In this document: positions 9,860 to 19,119 of the stretch, piece by piece
Layout of the letters: every line of letters starts with the position of its first letter
Position numbering within the stretch: the stretch's first letter is position 1
NCBI GenBank assembly: GCA_964035545.1
Contig: CAXIUT010000056.1
Location: forward strand, 1 to 51,021
Origin: Bugula neritina
Lineage: Eukaryota > Animalia > Bryozoa
Direction: 5' to 3'
DNA length: 51,021 nucleotides
Made by a program: the position numbers and the translations under genes
The notes under the pieces: generated by a model
Database searches by the model: none
Told to the model about the DNA's origin: nothing
The model's input: only the letters and a program-made list of their open reading frames with translations

Positions 9860-10845
9860 CCGTCTTTGAGTGCGACCAGCACCTTTTGGAACACCGCATC
9901 TGACACGGGTTTACCACTGATGACGATCTTTTGGCCCTGCAAGGCCAACTTCAGCCCATTTGGCAAATGTTCCGCGCGCGGAACATTTTGCGCGGGCTTG
10001 GCTGGTTTTGCTGGGCGCAACAGCGTTGCAATCGCTGTCATCTCTGCGCTTGCATCCACAAAGGACGTCTTACTCAGCACTTTGCGCAAGGATGCACCCT
10101 GATCATCAGACACCTTCAAATACTCTGCCAATGCCAAACCCAACCGTTCGGGCAGGGCGGTTGGGAACTGCAGCGCGCCATCCAGGGCATGGTATATCCC
10201 AATGAAGGATCGAATGCGGGACCGCTTGGCGCGGCTGACATTGGCAAACAGGGTCAACAGAGCCTGTTTTTCGCTGTCATAGACACCACGTTTCGCCGCC
10301 TCTGCCGCCACGCGGGCCCGTTCGTAATAAGACAGGCCAACGCGGATCTCGTTTTCCTCGACCATGGACACATAGGCATCTGACGCATCCTTTGGCTGGC
10401 GCAACAGGGCTTGCACCGTATCAAACTCAGACCCTTCACCCTCCGCCGCCAACGCCTCTAGGGCGGCCAGACGCCGCCAGCCAGAGATCAGCCCATAGCG
10501 CGGACCATTGGGGGCAGGGGTGGGCAGCTCTGTCACCTCAATCGGGGTGCGTTGGCCATGGGCGCGAATACTCTCGATCAGGGCGCGCATGTCCTCGTCG
10601 TCTTGCACCACGCGGTCCCGCGCCAAATGATCGGGCTGGATGTCATCGCGGCTGATCCGCAGCACCATGCGCCCTTCGGCCTTGGCACTGGTCAGCTCAT
10701 CCGATAGTTCGCGCACCGCATGTTCCGCTGCGGTTTGTGCCGCCACCTGCGCAATGGGCGGGCCTGTCGCGGACTTCACCTCTGGGGTGGGTTGATCCCC
10801 AGACAAAAACGCCTCTCGCGGGCCAGATAACCGTTTGCGTGCCAT
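9856..10845 (-). CDS. parB: ParB-family partition protein
   Basis: SIRAHGQRTPI, YGLISGWRRL, EENEIR-LSYYE; downstream of parA; start at 10845 or 10851. Confidence 0.9.
   Translation of the reverse strand: MARKRLSGPREAFLSGDQPTPEVKSATGPPIAQVAAQTAAEHAVRELSDELTSAKAEGRMVLRISRDDIQPDHLARDRVVQDDEDMRALIESIRAHGQRTPIEVTELPTPAPNGPRYGLISGWRRLAALEALAAEGEGSEFDTVQALLRQPKDASDAYVSMVEENEIRVGLSYYERARVAAEAAKRGVYDSEKQALLTLFANVSRAKRSRIRSFIGIYHALDGALQFPTALPERLGLALAEYLKVSDDQGASLRKVLSKTSFVDASAEMTAIATLLRPAKPAKPAQNVPRAEHLPNGLKLALQGQKIVISGKPVSDAVFQKVLVALKDG
9965..9988. promoter_or_regulatory. Candidate parS palindrome inside parB
   Basis: Perfect 24-bp palindrome AAATGTTCCGCGCGCGGAACATTT, resembling GTTtCac-gtGaAAC parS sites. 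Confidence 0.5.
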
Positions 10846-10873
10846 TTTCACATTCCCCTTATTTACAAGGCAT

Positions 10874-10930
10874 TAAAGACTCTTGCTCAAGTGATTAAGA
10901 CTCTAGCTCAAGTGATTAAGACTCTAGCTC
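10874..10930. repeat. 21-bp tandem repeat x~2.7 spanning the parA stop and the parA-parB gap
   Basis: TAAAGACTCTTGCTCAAGTGA / TTAAGACTCTAGCTCAAGTGA / TTAAGACTCTAGCTC. Confidence 0.85.
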
Positions 10931-12295
10931 CAGCTCATCACGCCGCCAGCTGCCGATCAACAGCTTTTTGAACATCGCATAGGTTTGATCAAAGGTCTCT
11001 CGACCTCGCGCATAGGTCTCTCGGTTAAAGTCGCGATAGTCAGCCTCGTAGATGCCGTTCACTTGCTCGCCCGCTTGCCCGACCAGCGCGGTGTAATCCT
11101 GTCGGAACGGCGACATGAACCGGCCAAGATAGGCCTGCATCAGCGCAGACAGCTCCATCTGTTGCGCCCCGTCAAAGCGGGTGATTACCGTGCGCACCGC
11201 ATCCCATTCAAACCGAATTTCTTGCCGCCCCAACGCACGGGCCGCCATGTTCTCTCCGTCCTCGATGGACTGAAAGGTGGCGTGCAGCATGTCAAAGAAC
11301 CGACCCGTGGAATCAAACTCCAGAAACGACGCGCCAAGGGGCACCATCAGGATATCCGCCGCCGTCAGCCCGTTGATCGTCAGATAGCCAAGGGCAGGGG
11401 GCGTATCGAGCAGGACAAGGTCATAGTCATCAAGCACCCCATCCGCCTCTAGCCGTGCGCTCAGCGCGTCCCACAGCTTCCAGCCAGGCACACCCATACG
11501 CCAGACCGGGATCTGAAACTCAGCCCAGTACAGGTTCAACTGCGCCCCAATCAAATCAATGTTGGGCCAATGGGTGGTTTGGATCACATCTTGGCAAGAC
11601 ACATCGAGTGCATCGCTCAGCGTTTCATCCAAAGGCAGGGGCGCCGAACCACGATCCGCGCGGCGTCGGTTTTCATCCTGCAACGCGATCGCGTAATCCT
11701 TGGCGATCAGCGGGAACACCGTCATCCATTCGTCTTCCACAGGCCGCCCAAAGATCGACGTCATTGACCCCTGACTATCCAGATCAATCACCAGCACCTT
11801 ATACCCATCCAACGCCGCGGACATGGCCAGATGCGCCGCCGTGGATGTTTTACCAACCCCGCCCTTAAAGTTCGCCACAGCCGCAATCTTTGCCTTCGCA
11901 CCCTTTGGACGGTAGGGCAGATATTCTTTGGTCTTCGATCCCTCAGACGCGAAATGGTGGCGCAGTTGCAGAACCTCATCCAGCGTGAACCACTTGGCCC
12001 CGCCATCGGTTTCTGACAGGCCTTGGGGCAGGTTTGGATTTGCCTTTAGCACACGGCGGAAATGGGGGGTCGCCACAGGGATCAAATACTTGGTGATTTC
12101 CCATGTGGAAAACAAACGCAGCTCTTTGCCACTGTCGTCTTCAACACCGCGCGACATCAAATCATCACGGCCCTTACCACAGGCCTGCGCGATGCGTTCA
12201 AAATCATCCGTAACAACGGGATCGCCAAGCTCGGCTAAGGCCGCATCAGCGGAAATATTGAAATAAGGAGGAAGGATTTGATCCTTGGGTGCCAT
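10916..12295 (-). CDS. parA: ParA-family partition ATPase with N-terminal HTH extension
   Basis: Deviant Walker A NFKGGVGKTS, VIDLDSQGS, LLDTPPALG. Confidence 0.93.
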   Translation of the reverse strand: MAPKDQILPPYFNISADAALAELGDPVVTDDFERIAQACGKGRDDLMSRGVEDDSGKELRLFSTWEITKYLIPVATPHFRRVLKANPNLPQGLSETDGGAKWFTLDEVLQLRHHFASEGSKTKEYLPYRPKGAKAKIAAVANFKGGVGKTSTAAHLAMSAALDGYKVLVIDLDSQGSMTSIFGRPVEDEWMTVFPLIAKDYAIALQDENRRRADRGSAPLPLDETLSDALDVSCQDVIQTTHWPNIDLIGAQLNLYWAEFQIPVWRMGVPGWKLWDALSARLEADGVLDDYDLVLLDTPPALGYLTINGLTAADILMVPLGASFLEFDSTGRFFDMLHATFQSIEDGENMAARALGRQEIRFEWDAVRTVITRFDGAQQMELSALMQAYLGRFMSPFRQDYTALVGQAGEQVNGIYEADYRDFNRETYARGRETFDQTYAMFKKLLIGSWRRDELELES

Positions 12296-12464
12296 GCCTG
12301 TGCGCCTTGTATCTGCTTAGAAATAGGCGATCGTGTGCCGCCTTTTTACCTAGGTACCACAAAACGTAGCATATGAAAGAATTATCAGCACAAAAACCAT
12401 TTTTTCTAAGGAAAATCAGATCTTTCCACCTGTATAAGGCAGCAGCTGAAGCGGATTTTCAATC

Positions 12465-12649
12465 CAAGAGCTGTTATATTTATAGTTATTTATCAGTTAA
12501 AGAACCAAGTCATTTTGCCAAGGCATTGTTTTTTTTACATTTATCGGGCCTAATTTCATCTTACCCGACTCTGATCCCACGATAAGGCGATTCCAATCCC
12601 ACGTTCAGGTGACTCTGATCCCACGTTGGCGCGCTTGATTTTATCCACA
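12465..12649. promoter_or_regulatory. Putative replication origin: AT-rich tract, three iterons and a DnaA box
   Basis: GACTCTGATCCCACG (12567), GATTCCAATCCCACG (12589), GACTCTGATCCCACG (12611) with a 22-bp period; perfect TTATCCACA at 12641..12649. Confidence 0.8.
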
Positions 12650-12779
12650 GGGCTTTCTAGCGTGGTGTCACTAAAACCACGAAGAGATTCGTGTATAACA
12701 ATCGGGGCAAATCCCGAACAGAGCAGAACAGACCAAAGGCAAAAGATCTTTGACATACGGCAGGTAAAGGGCCCATAGC

Positions 12780-13787
12780 ATGACAACAGCAACGCTGTTG
12801 CCAGACCGGTATCCAAACCGGGATTTCTTTGTGTGCGATGTGTTTGACGCATTGCCCAAAGACGATTTGGCATCCATGGAACACCCGATTTTTTCGCTTT
12901 CAACAAAGCCAGACCGCCGGATTCTGCGCTATGAACACGGGGGCACGCAGATTGAAATTACGCCCTCGGTGCGCGGCCTTGCGACGCTCCATGACAAAGA
13001 CATTCTGATCTTTTGTATCAGCCAGTTGATGGCAGGGATCAATGCGGGCAGGGCGGTTAGCCAGACTTTGCATTTGACGGCGCATGATCTGATGGTGGCC
13101 ACCAACCGTGAAACCTCGGGCGATGGATACAAGCGGTTGCGCGAAGCCTTCGAGCGCCTTGCAGGAACCCGCATCACCACCAATATTGTGACAGGCGATG
13201 TAGAGGCCACCAGCGGCTTTGGCCTGATTGAAAGCTGGCAGGTGGTGCGCAAGACGGGCAGGGGCCGCATGACCCATGTTGTGGTGAAACTGTCCGATTG
13301 GTTGTTTCGTGCGGTCACGTCGAAATCCGTGCTGACGCTCAGCCGTGATTATTTCCGTCTGCGCAAACCATTGGAACGGCGCGTCTATGAAATCGCGCGC
13401 AAACATTGCGGGCGACAACGCGAATGGCGCGTGTCTTTGGAAACGCTGTTGCACAAGTCAGGCTCGAACAGCCCGCGCCGTGTGTTTCGAAAAATGATCC
13501 GCGATATGATCGCGGCTGATCACCTGCCCGATTACCAATTGTTCGAAGAACCCGATGACATTATCCGCGTCACACAACGCGATGTGGTGCTTGATGCGAT
13601 CAGCCGGCCGGTGATCAAACCAGACACGATGGATCGCGCGCGCCAACTGGCCCCTGAATGGGATGTCTATGCCCTGCAAGCGGAATGGATGGCCTGGTGG
13701 GCAGGCAGCGGACGACAGCCGTTGCGCAGTGCAGACGCCGCATTCTTGGGCTGGCTCAAAGGGCGCATCAAACGAGACCGCGATTAG
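12780..13787 (+). CDS. repA: Plasmid replication initiator protein A (RPA-type, Rhodobacterales RepA)
   Basis: PKDDLASMEHPIFSLS, GLAT-HDKDIL, YFRLRKPLERR-YE-ARKHCG; divergent from parAB with iterons between. Confidence 0.9.
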   Translation: MTTATLLPDRYPNRDFFVCDVFDALPKDDLASMEHPIFSLSTKPDRRILRYEHGGTQIEITPSVRGLATLHDKDILIFCISQLMAGINAGRAVSQTLHLTAHDLMVATNRETSGDGYKRLREAFERLAGTRITTNIVTGDVEATSGFGLIESWQVVRKTGRGRMTHVVVKLSDWLFRAVTSKSVLTLSRDYFRLRKPLERRVYEIARKHCGRQREWRVSLETLLHKSGSNSPRRVFRKMIRDMIAADHLPDYQLFEEPDDIIRVTQRDVVLDAISRPVIKPDTMDRARQLAPEWDVYALQAEWMAWWAGSGRQPLRSADAAFLGWLKGRIKRDRD

Positions 13788-15775
13788 ACGATTTCCAGAT
13801 CGTTGAGCAGCGCCGCCCTTGAGGTGTTTTCCACGGTCAGTATATCGCCGCCGCCAAAGTCAAAGATCACATCGCCCCCACTTTCTGTGGCATAGGTCAG
13901 CGCCTCGGCCGCATCTGCATAGCCAAAGTTATCAAGCTGGATCGTGTCGATGTTGTTCTCAAAATCTTTGATGATGTCCGCATCCTCGGTGTGGTCAAAA
14001 TGAAAGATGTCAGCGCCATCCCCGCCATAAAGCGTGTCATCCCCGTGCCCCCCGTCAAAACGGTCAACGCCGTGGCCGCCAAACAACGTGTCATCGCCCG
14101 AGCGTCCATAAAGACTGTCATCGCCATGATAGCTGCGCAATCGGTTGCCCCCAGAGGTGCCGTACATTTTATCATCCCCCGTGTTGGATCCTGTGGCCCC
14201 TTCAAAGCCAGACATCACATCATTGACGGCCCACCCCCCTGATACGCTATCCGCTTCAAGGTCGATGATGATGCCGCCCGAACTGTCGTAGTAGCTGATA
14301 TAGTCAAATCCTGATCCGCCATAGAAGCTTTCGACTCCGCCGCCAACGCGGATGTAATCATCTCCATCCCCGCCATAGATTTTGTCACTGCCTGATCCGC
14401 CATAGAAATCGTCATCGCCCCCATAGCCGCGCAGGGTATTCGCACCTGATGTGCCTGTAATGTTGTCGTTCCCTACCTTTGATCCTGACACGCTCTCAAA
14501 GCTGTCGATCACATCGTTGACCGCCCAAGACCCTGAAACGCTGTTTGCAGCGAGGTCGATGGTGATGCCCCTCGTGCTGTCGTAATAGCTGATGTAATCG
14601 GTGCCAGAGCCACCGTAAAAGCTCTCTACTCCGCCACCGACACGCACATAATCATCGCCGCTGCCCCCGTAGATGGTGTCAGCCCCAACGCCTCCGTAGA
14701 ACCGATCATCCCCGCCATTGCCGTGTAGCGTGTTGCCTTCTGATGTGCCCGTGATGGTATCATTCCCCGTGTTCGATCCAGAGAAGCTTTCAAAGCTGCC
14801 GATCACATCGTTGTTGGCCCAAGACCCCGTGATAAAATCTATGGACAGGTCAACCGTGATGCCGCCCGAAGAAGAGTAATAGTCGAGGTGATCTGTGCCA
14901 TCCCCGCCATAGAAGCTTTCGACACCGCCGCCAACGCGGATATAATCATCTCCATCCCCGCCATAGATTTTGTCCTTTCCAGGGCCGCCATAGAAACTGT
15001 CATCGCCACCATATCCGCGCAAGATGTTGGCCTCTGATGTGCCCGTGATCGTATCACCCCCCGTGTCCGATCCAGACACGCCCTCAAAGCTGTCGATGGT
15101 GTCGTTGTTGGCCCAAGACCCTGAAACGCTGTTCGCAGCGAGGTCGATGGTGATGCCCCCCGTGCTGTCGTAATAGCTGATGTAATCGGTGCCAGAGCCA
15201 CCGTAAAAGTTCTCTACTCCGCCACCGACACGCACATAATCATCGCCGCTGTTGCCATAGATTTTGTCATTGCCCGCGCCGCCATAAAACCGATCATCAC
15301 CCCCATAGCCCTTAAAGATGTTGGCCCCTGATGTGCCATACATCGTGTCATCCCCAGTTTTGGAGCCCCCAACACTTTCAAAGCCGTCAATCAGATCATT
15401 ACTGGCCCAAGACCCCGTGACCGTGTTGGCCGCTAGATTTATGGTGATCCCCTCTGGGCTGTCATAATAGCTGATGTAGTCTTTGCCATCGCCGCCATAA
15501 AAGCTTTGCGTGCCAGCGCTGGCGCGGGCGTAATCATTGCCTGCGCCCAAATGCAGCGTGTCATTGCCACCCCCGCCATAGACACTGTCGACCCCGTCAA
15601 AACCGCAAAGGTAATCGTCCCCCGCACCCCCATAAAGCCGATCGTTTCCATCCCCGCCATAGATCGTGTCATTCCCGTCATACCCAGACAACAGGTCGTC
15701 CCCGTCAAAGCCATAGATCGTGTCAGATGCGGCAGTGCCGTTTAATGTGTCATCCCCATTGCTGCCCACAACCAT
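13784..15775 (-). CDS. RTX/hemolysin-type Ca-binding repeat surface protein
   Basis: Many GGxGxDxxx nonapeptides; five ~98-aa modules; C-terminal D-I-DFE-D-I-L T1SS-type tail; AGGAG RBS supports ATG 15775. Confidence 0.88.
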   Translation of the reverse strand: MVVGSNGDDTLNGTAASDTIYGFDGDDLLSGYDGNDTIYGGDGNDRLYGGAGDDYLCGFDGVDSVYGGGGNDTLHLGAGNDYARASAGTQSFYGGDGKDYISYYDSPEGITINLAANTVTGSWASNDLIDGFESVGGSKTGDDTMYGTSGANIFKGYGGDDRFYGGAGNDKIYGNSGDDYVRVGGGVENFYGGSGTDYISYYDSTGGITIDLAANSVSGSWANNDTIDSFEGVSGSDTGGDTITGTSEANILRGYGGDDSFYGGPGKDKIYGGDGDDYIRVGGGVESFYGGDGTDHLDYYSSSGGITVDLSIDFITGSWANNDVIGSFESFSGSNTGNDTITGTSEGNTLHGNGGDDRFYGGVGADTIYGGSGDDYVRVGGGVESFYGGSGTDYISYYDSTRGITIDLAANSVSGSWAVNDVIDSFESVSGSKVGNDNITGTSGANTLRGYGGDDDFYGGSGSDKIYGGDGDDYIRVGGGVESFYGGSGFDYISYYDSSGGIIIDLEADSVSGGWAVNDVMSGFEGATGSNTGDDKMYGTSGGNRLRSYHGDDSLYGRSGDDTLFGGHGVDRFDGGHGDDTLYGGDGADIFHFDHTEDADIIKDFENNIDTIQLDNFGYADAAEALTYATESGGDVIFDFGGGDILTVENTSRAALLNDLEIV

Positions 15776-15921
15776 GCGGTTTGCTCCTGTGCTGTGCCCC
15801 AAAAGATTGGCAACAGGCTAGGGGTGGGAGTTTGGGGAAAGATGAAAAAGTCCCTGTAATCACGCAAGCGTGCGCCGCTTTTTTGGCATCTTTTTAGGGG
15901 TTTTTTCCTAAACCTTGCGGC

Positions 15922-17043
15922 TTATTGCACAAAGCCGCTGATGGAGCCGATCAACCCAAAGATCGTGGTGGCCACATTCAACGGGCTTTCGGTGACCAGA
16001 ACCGTGTCTTTGGGGTGGATTTTAAATTGGCTGGCACTGAACAGCCCATCTGTGGTGGTCAGATCGATGGTAAAGATTACCCGCGGCTGGGCGGGGCCGC
16101 GCCCTGTGCCCACTTGGCTGGCGCTGTAGTTGCGCAGGATCAGAATGCCCTGCGGGTTGGCGCGACTGTCAAGCAAGCCGCCCATCTGGGACAGCGCATC
16201 TGATGCGGTCAGATGATCGCTTTCGAAATACACAAGGCTTTCGGTCAGAGCAGCGCCAAAGGCGCGGAAATAGCGATTGTCTTGTTCCACGATGATTTTG
16301 TCACGGCCCTTGAGGATCGTATCAAATTTCGGCTGGGTATATAATTTACGCGCTGAAATTCCATAGGTGCGGCCTGCGCGTTGCAGGCGAATTTGCGGAT
16401 TACGCAGATCAGGGCTGATGCCCCCACCCGAACTGATCATATCCAGAACCGTGGAATGGCGCGTCGTCAATGGATAGAGCCCAGGTTTGGCCACACCACT
16501 GACCAAACCCACAGAACTGGCTTGGCCTTGTTCGATACTCAGCTGGACTTGGGCCGAGGAGACGATGCTTTCCAAGCGGTCTTGGATGTTGCTCCGTGCG
16601 TTTTCTGCCGTCATGCCCGACACTTTGATGCGATCAAGGTAGGGAATGAAAATTTTGCCATCGGATTGCACTTGGATCTGTTTCAATTCCACCAGCTTAG
16701 AGGATTCGTTGGTCAACAGAGAGTTTTGCTGACTGTCCCAGATGATCAGGCTGATCAGGTCGCCACGTTGGATCATAGGGTCACCGCCGATGTGGGCGTG
16801 GTTGATCCAGCTGGTAATTTGGCGCGGACCAGTGCGCGGCCATTTTGCCACTTGGGGCAGTAATTCTTTGCTAATTTTGTAAACAACAAAATCTTTAGGG
16901 ATGTCACTGTCCGAGTTTCTTTGCGCGCTCAGAACCTCTGATTGCAAGGGCCCGCCACGGGGCAGGCTACATGCCGCCAAAGCACCCAAACAGAGCGTCA
17001 GCACAAGGCAAGTTTTCAGCGTAGATCTCAGCAGCAACATCAT
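15922..17043 (-). CDS. wza: Polysaccharide export outer-membrane lipoprotein (Wza/OPX)
   Basis: Lipobox LAAC-SLPRGGP; GD-I-IWD, DG-IFIPY-I-VSG-T motif; SLBB repeats. Confidence 0.88.
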   Translation of the reverse strand: MMLLLRSTLKTCLVLTLCLGALAACSLPRGGPLQSEVLSAQRNSDSDIPKDFVVYKISKELLPQVAKWPRTGPRQITSWINHAHIGGDPMIQRGDLISLIIWDSQQNSLLTNESSKLVELKQIQVQSDGKIFIPYLDRIKVSGMTAENARSNIQDRLESIVSSAQVQLSIEQGQASSVGLVSGVAKPGLYPLTTRHSTVLDMISSGGGISPDLRNPQIRLQRAGRTYGISARKLYTQPKFDTILKGRDKIIVEQDNRYFRAFGAALTESLVYFESDHLTASDALSQMGGLLDSRANPQGILILRNYSASQVGTGRGPAQPRVIFTIDLTTTDGLFSASQFKIHPKDTVLVTESPLNVATTIFGLIGSISGFVQ

Positions 17044-17290
17044 TCGCACATCCCCAATGTGAATTCTTGTTCGCATGCCATTATGGTGGACGCAACCCAG
17101 AGCTGCCTGCCAGCCCGACTCTGGCTGAAAAAATTTCTAAAACCCAATTAAGCCTCATTAAACCATGTTGAGCGGCGTTTGATTCTGGCCTCGTGCTCTC
17201 TAGGAACTGCCTAAAAAAGCGGCACATTGAGTTGAATCTTAGGCAGAACTCCTGCATAGCGGCGGAAATCCACGCGTATTATAGAATCAA

Positions 17291-18109
17291 ATGGGGACAT
17301 CTTGCGAGCGAGGCCCCAAATTGTTAAACACCAGTGCTATTGAGACTAAAACTTTTATGAAGGCAATTAGATTGGGTCAACCACTGGCACATAAACTGGA
17401 AGAACGCGGTCAGGCCGTCCTTGGGGCCGACCGAATGGAAGAGCACATCAATTCCATTCCAAGAAGCTTCTGGGTCTATAAAAAAGTCACCGATCTGTTC
17501 TTCGTCACGCTGCTGTTGCCGGGGCTGGTTTTCTGCATAGTAATTCTTGCGGTGCTGAATCCTATTTATAACCCAGGGCCGATCTTCTTTCGCCAGAAAC
17601 GCGTTGGGTTGAATGGCAAAGTCTTTACTATCTTTAAATTCCGCACCGTGGTGAATCCGGGTACTGAAATCCAACTGAGCAATGATCAGCGCAGTAAGCT
17701 GACAGGGCTTGGGGCCTTTATGCGCAACACTCGGGTGGATGAGGTGCCCCAAATCCTGAATGTGTTGCTCGGCCATATGTCGATGATCGGGCCGCGTCCT
17801 GAACAGGTGCAGCTCTATAAGATTTACGCCAGCGCCATGCCGAACTTTTATCTGCGCCAGAAAACCAAACCGGGCATCACGGGGCTGGCGCAATTGCGCT
17901 TTGGCTATACGTCTGATGCCGAAGGGGCGGGCAAAAAGCTGCGCTGGGATCTGGTCTATTTGCAATCCCTTGGGTTTCGCACAGAAACCCATTTGGTAGC
18001 GCGCACCTTTACCTTTGTGATAAAAGGTTTGGCGCGTGTTTTCTTGCGCAATCCGTTTAAACGGACTACCAAAACAACACCGCGCGGACTTCCTTCCAAA
18101 CAGGACTAA
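17291..18109 (+). CDS. Priming polyprenyl-phosphate sugar-phosphotransferase (Bac_transf)
   Basis: F-QKRVG-NG-F-I-KFRT, R-TRVDEVPQ-LNVL-G-MS-IGPRPE, KPGITGLAQ; start uncertain. Confidence 0.88.
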   Translation: MGTSCERGPKLLNTSAIETKTFMKAIRLGQPLAHKLEERGQAVLGADRMEEHINSIPRSFWVYKKVTDLFFVTLLLPGLVFCIVILAVLNPIYNPGPIFFRQKRVGLNGKVFTIFKFRTVVNPGTEIQLSNDQRSKLTGLGAFMRNTRVDEVPQILNVLLGHMSMIGPRPEQVQLYKIYASAMPNFYLRQKTKPGITGLAQLRFGYTSDAEGAGKKLRWDLVYLQSLGFRTETHLVARTFTFVIKGLARVFLRNPFKRTTKTTPRGLPSKQD

Positions 18110-18111
18110 TA

Positions 18112-19119
18112 ATGAGCAAACATATCCTTTTGACAGGCGGTGCTGGTTACATCGGCTCGCATGTCTATGTGGCATTGGTGGCCGCAGGCTACACCCCTGT
18201 GATTGTCGATAACTTTTCCAACGCGGATGCAGGCACGCCCCAATCGCTTGAAATGATCACCCAAGGGTCTGTTCTGGTGCATGAGTTGGATATCTTGGAT
18301 GCCGATGCCCTGCGCGCGGTGTTCGACCAATATGATTTCGCTGCCGTCATCCACTTTGCCGCCAAAAAGGCCGTGGGCGAAAGCGTGCGCGATCCGCTTT
18401 TGTATTTCGAAGTGAACGGGGCGGGCTTTCTCAACCTGCTGCGCGCCATGTCGAATGCGGATGTGAAAACTTTGGTATTTTCCTCCTCGGCCACCGTTTA
18501 TGGTACGCCTGATATCCTGCCGATCACCGAAGACGCGCCAACAGGCTACACCAACCCTTACGGCTACACCAAGTTGGCAGGGGAACAGATGCTAGAGCAG
18601 ATTTGCGCAGCAGACCCTGATTGGACCGTGGGTGTGCTGCGCTATTTCAATCCAGTGGGGGCGCATTCCTCGGGTTATTTGCGCGAAAGTCCACGGGGTG
18701 CGAAATTCCCCCCTGAAAACCTAATGCCGCGCCTGTTGGATGTGGCTATTGGCAAGGTGGACAGCCTGACCGTGTTTGGGGATGACTATGACACGCCAGA
18801 CGGCACGGGCGTGCGCGACTACATCCATGTGTCGGATCTGGCGCGCGGTCATGTTCTCTCGCTCGATAAGCTGCTGGAAACGGGGCAGGGGCATTTGCTG
18901 AACCTTGGCACGGGGCAGGGGTATTCCGTGTTGGAGTTGATCCAAAACTTCTCTGCCGCTTGCGAGGTAGAGCTGCCCTATAAAATCATGGAGCGTCGCC
19001 CGGGTGATATTGGGGCCTGTTACGCAGACCCCAGCAAAGCCGAAGAGGTGATCGGGTTCAAAGCAGAACACGGTATTTATGAGATGTGCCGCTCCAGCTG
19101 GAATTCTACCCAGACTTAA
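18112..19119 (+). CDS. galE: UDP-glucose 4-epimerase
   Basis: TGGAGYIGSH, HFAAKKAVGES, FSSSATVYG, YGYTK, LRYFNPVGAH, DGTGVRDYIHV. Confidence 0.95.
   Translation: MSKHILLTGGAGYIGSHVYVALVAAGYTPVIVDNFSNADAGTPQSLEMITQGSVLVHELDILDADALRAVFDQYDFAAVIHFAAKKAVGESVRDPLLYFEVNGAGFLNLLRAMSNADVKTLVFSSSATVYGTPDILPITEDAPTGYTNPYGYTKLAGEQMLEQICAADPDWTVGVLRYFNPVGAHSSGYLRESPRGAKFPPENLMPRLLDVAIGKVDSLTVFGDDYDTPDGTGVRDYIHVSDLARGHVLSLDKLLETGQGHLLNLGTGQGYSVLELIQNFSAACEVELPYKIMERRPGDIGACYADPSKAEEVIGFKAEHGIYEMCRSSWNSTQT

Larger units (their letters stand above)
1..12306. repeat. First copy of a 12,306-bp direct terminal repeat (circular overlap; unit length 38,715 bp)
   Basis: Every ORF in 1..12306 recurs at +38,715 (182->38897, 10916->49631); the window ends with the sequence found at 12286..12306. 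Confidence 0.97.

Noticed and set aside
10874-12625. Short repeats as a CRISPR array
   Set aside because: Only three units each, no spacers of CRISPR length and no cas genes
17148-17163. CtrA box upstream of wza / sugar transferase
   Set aside because: TTAA-N6-TTAA spacing rather than N7; too weak to call
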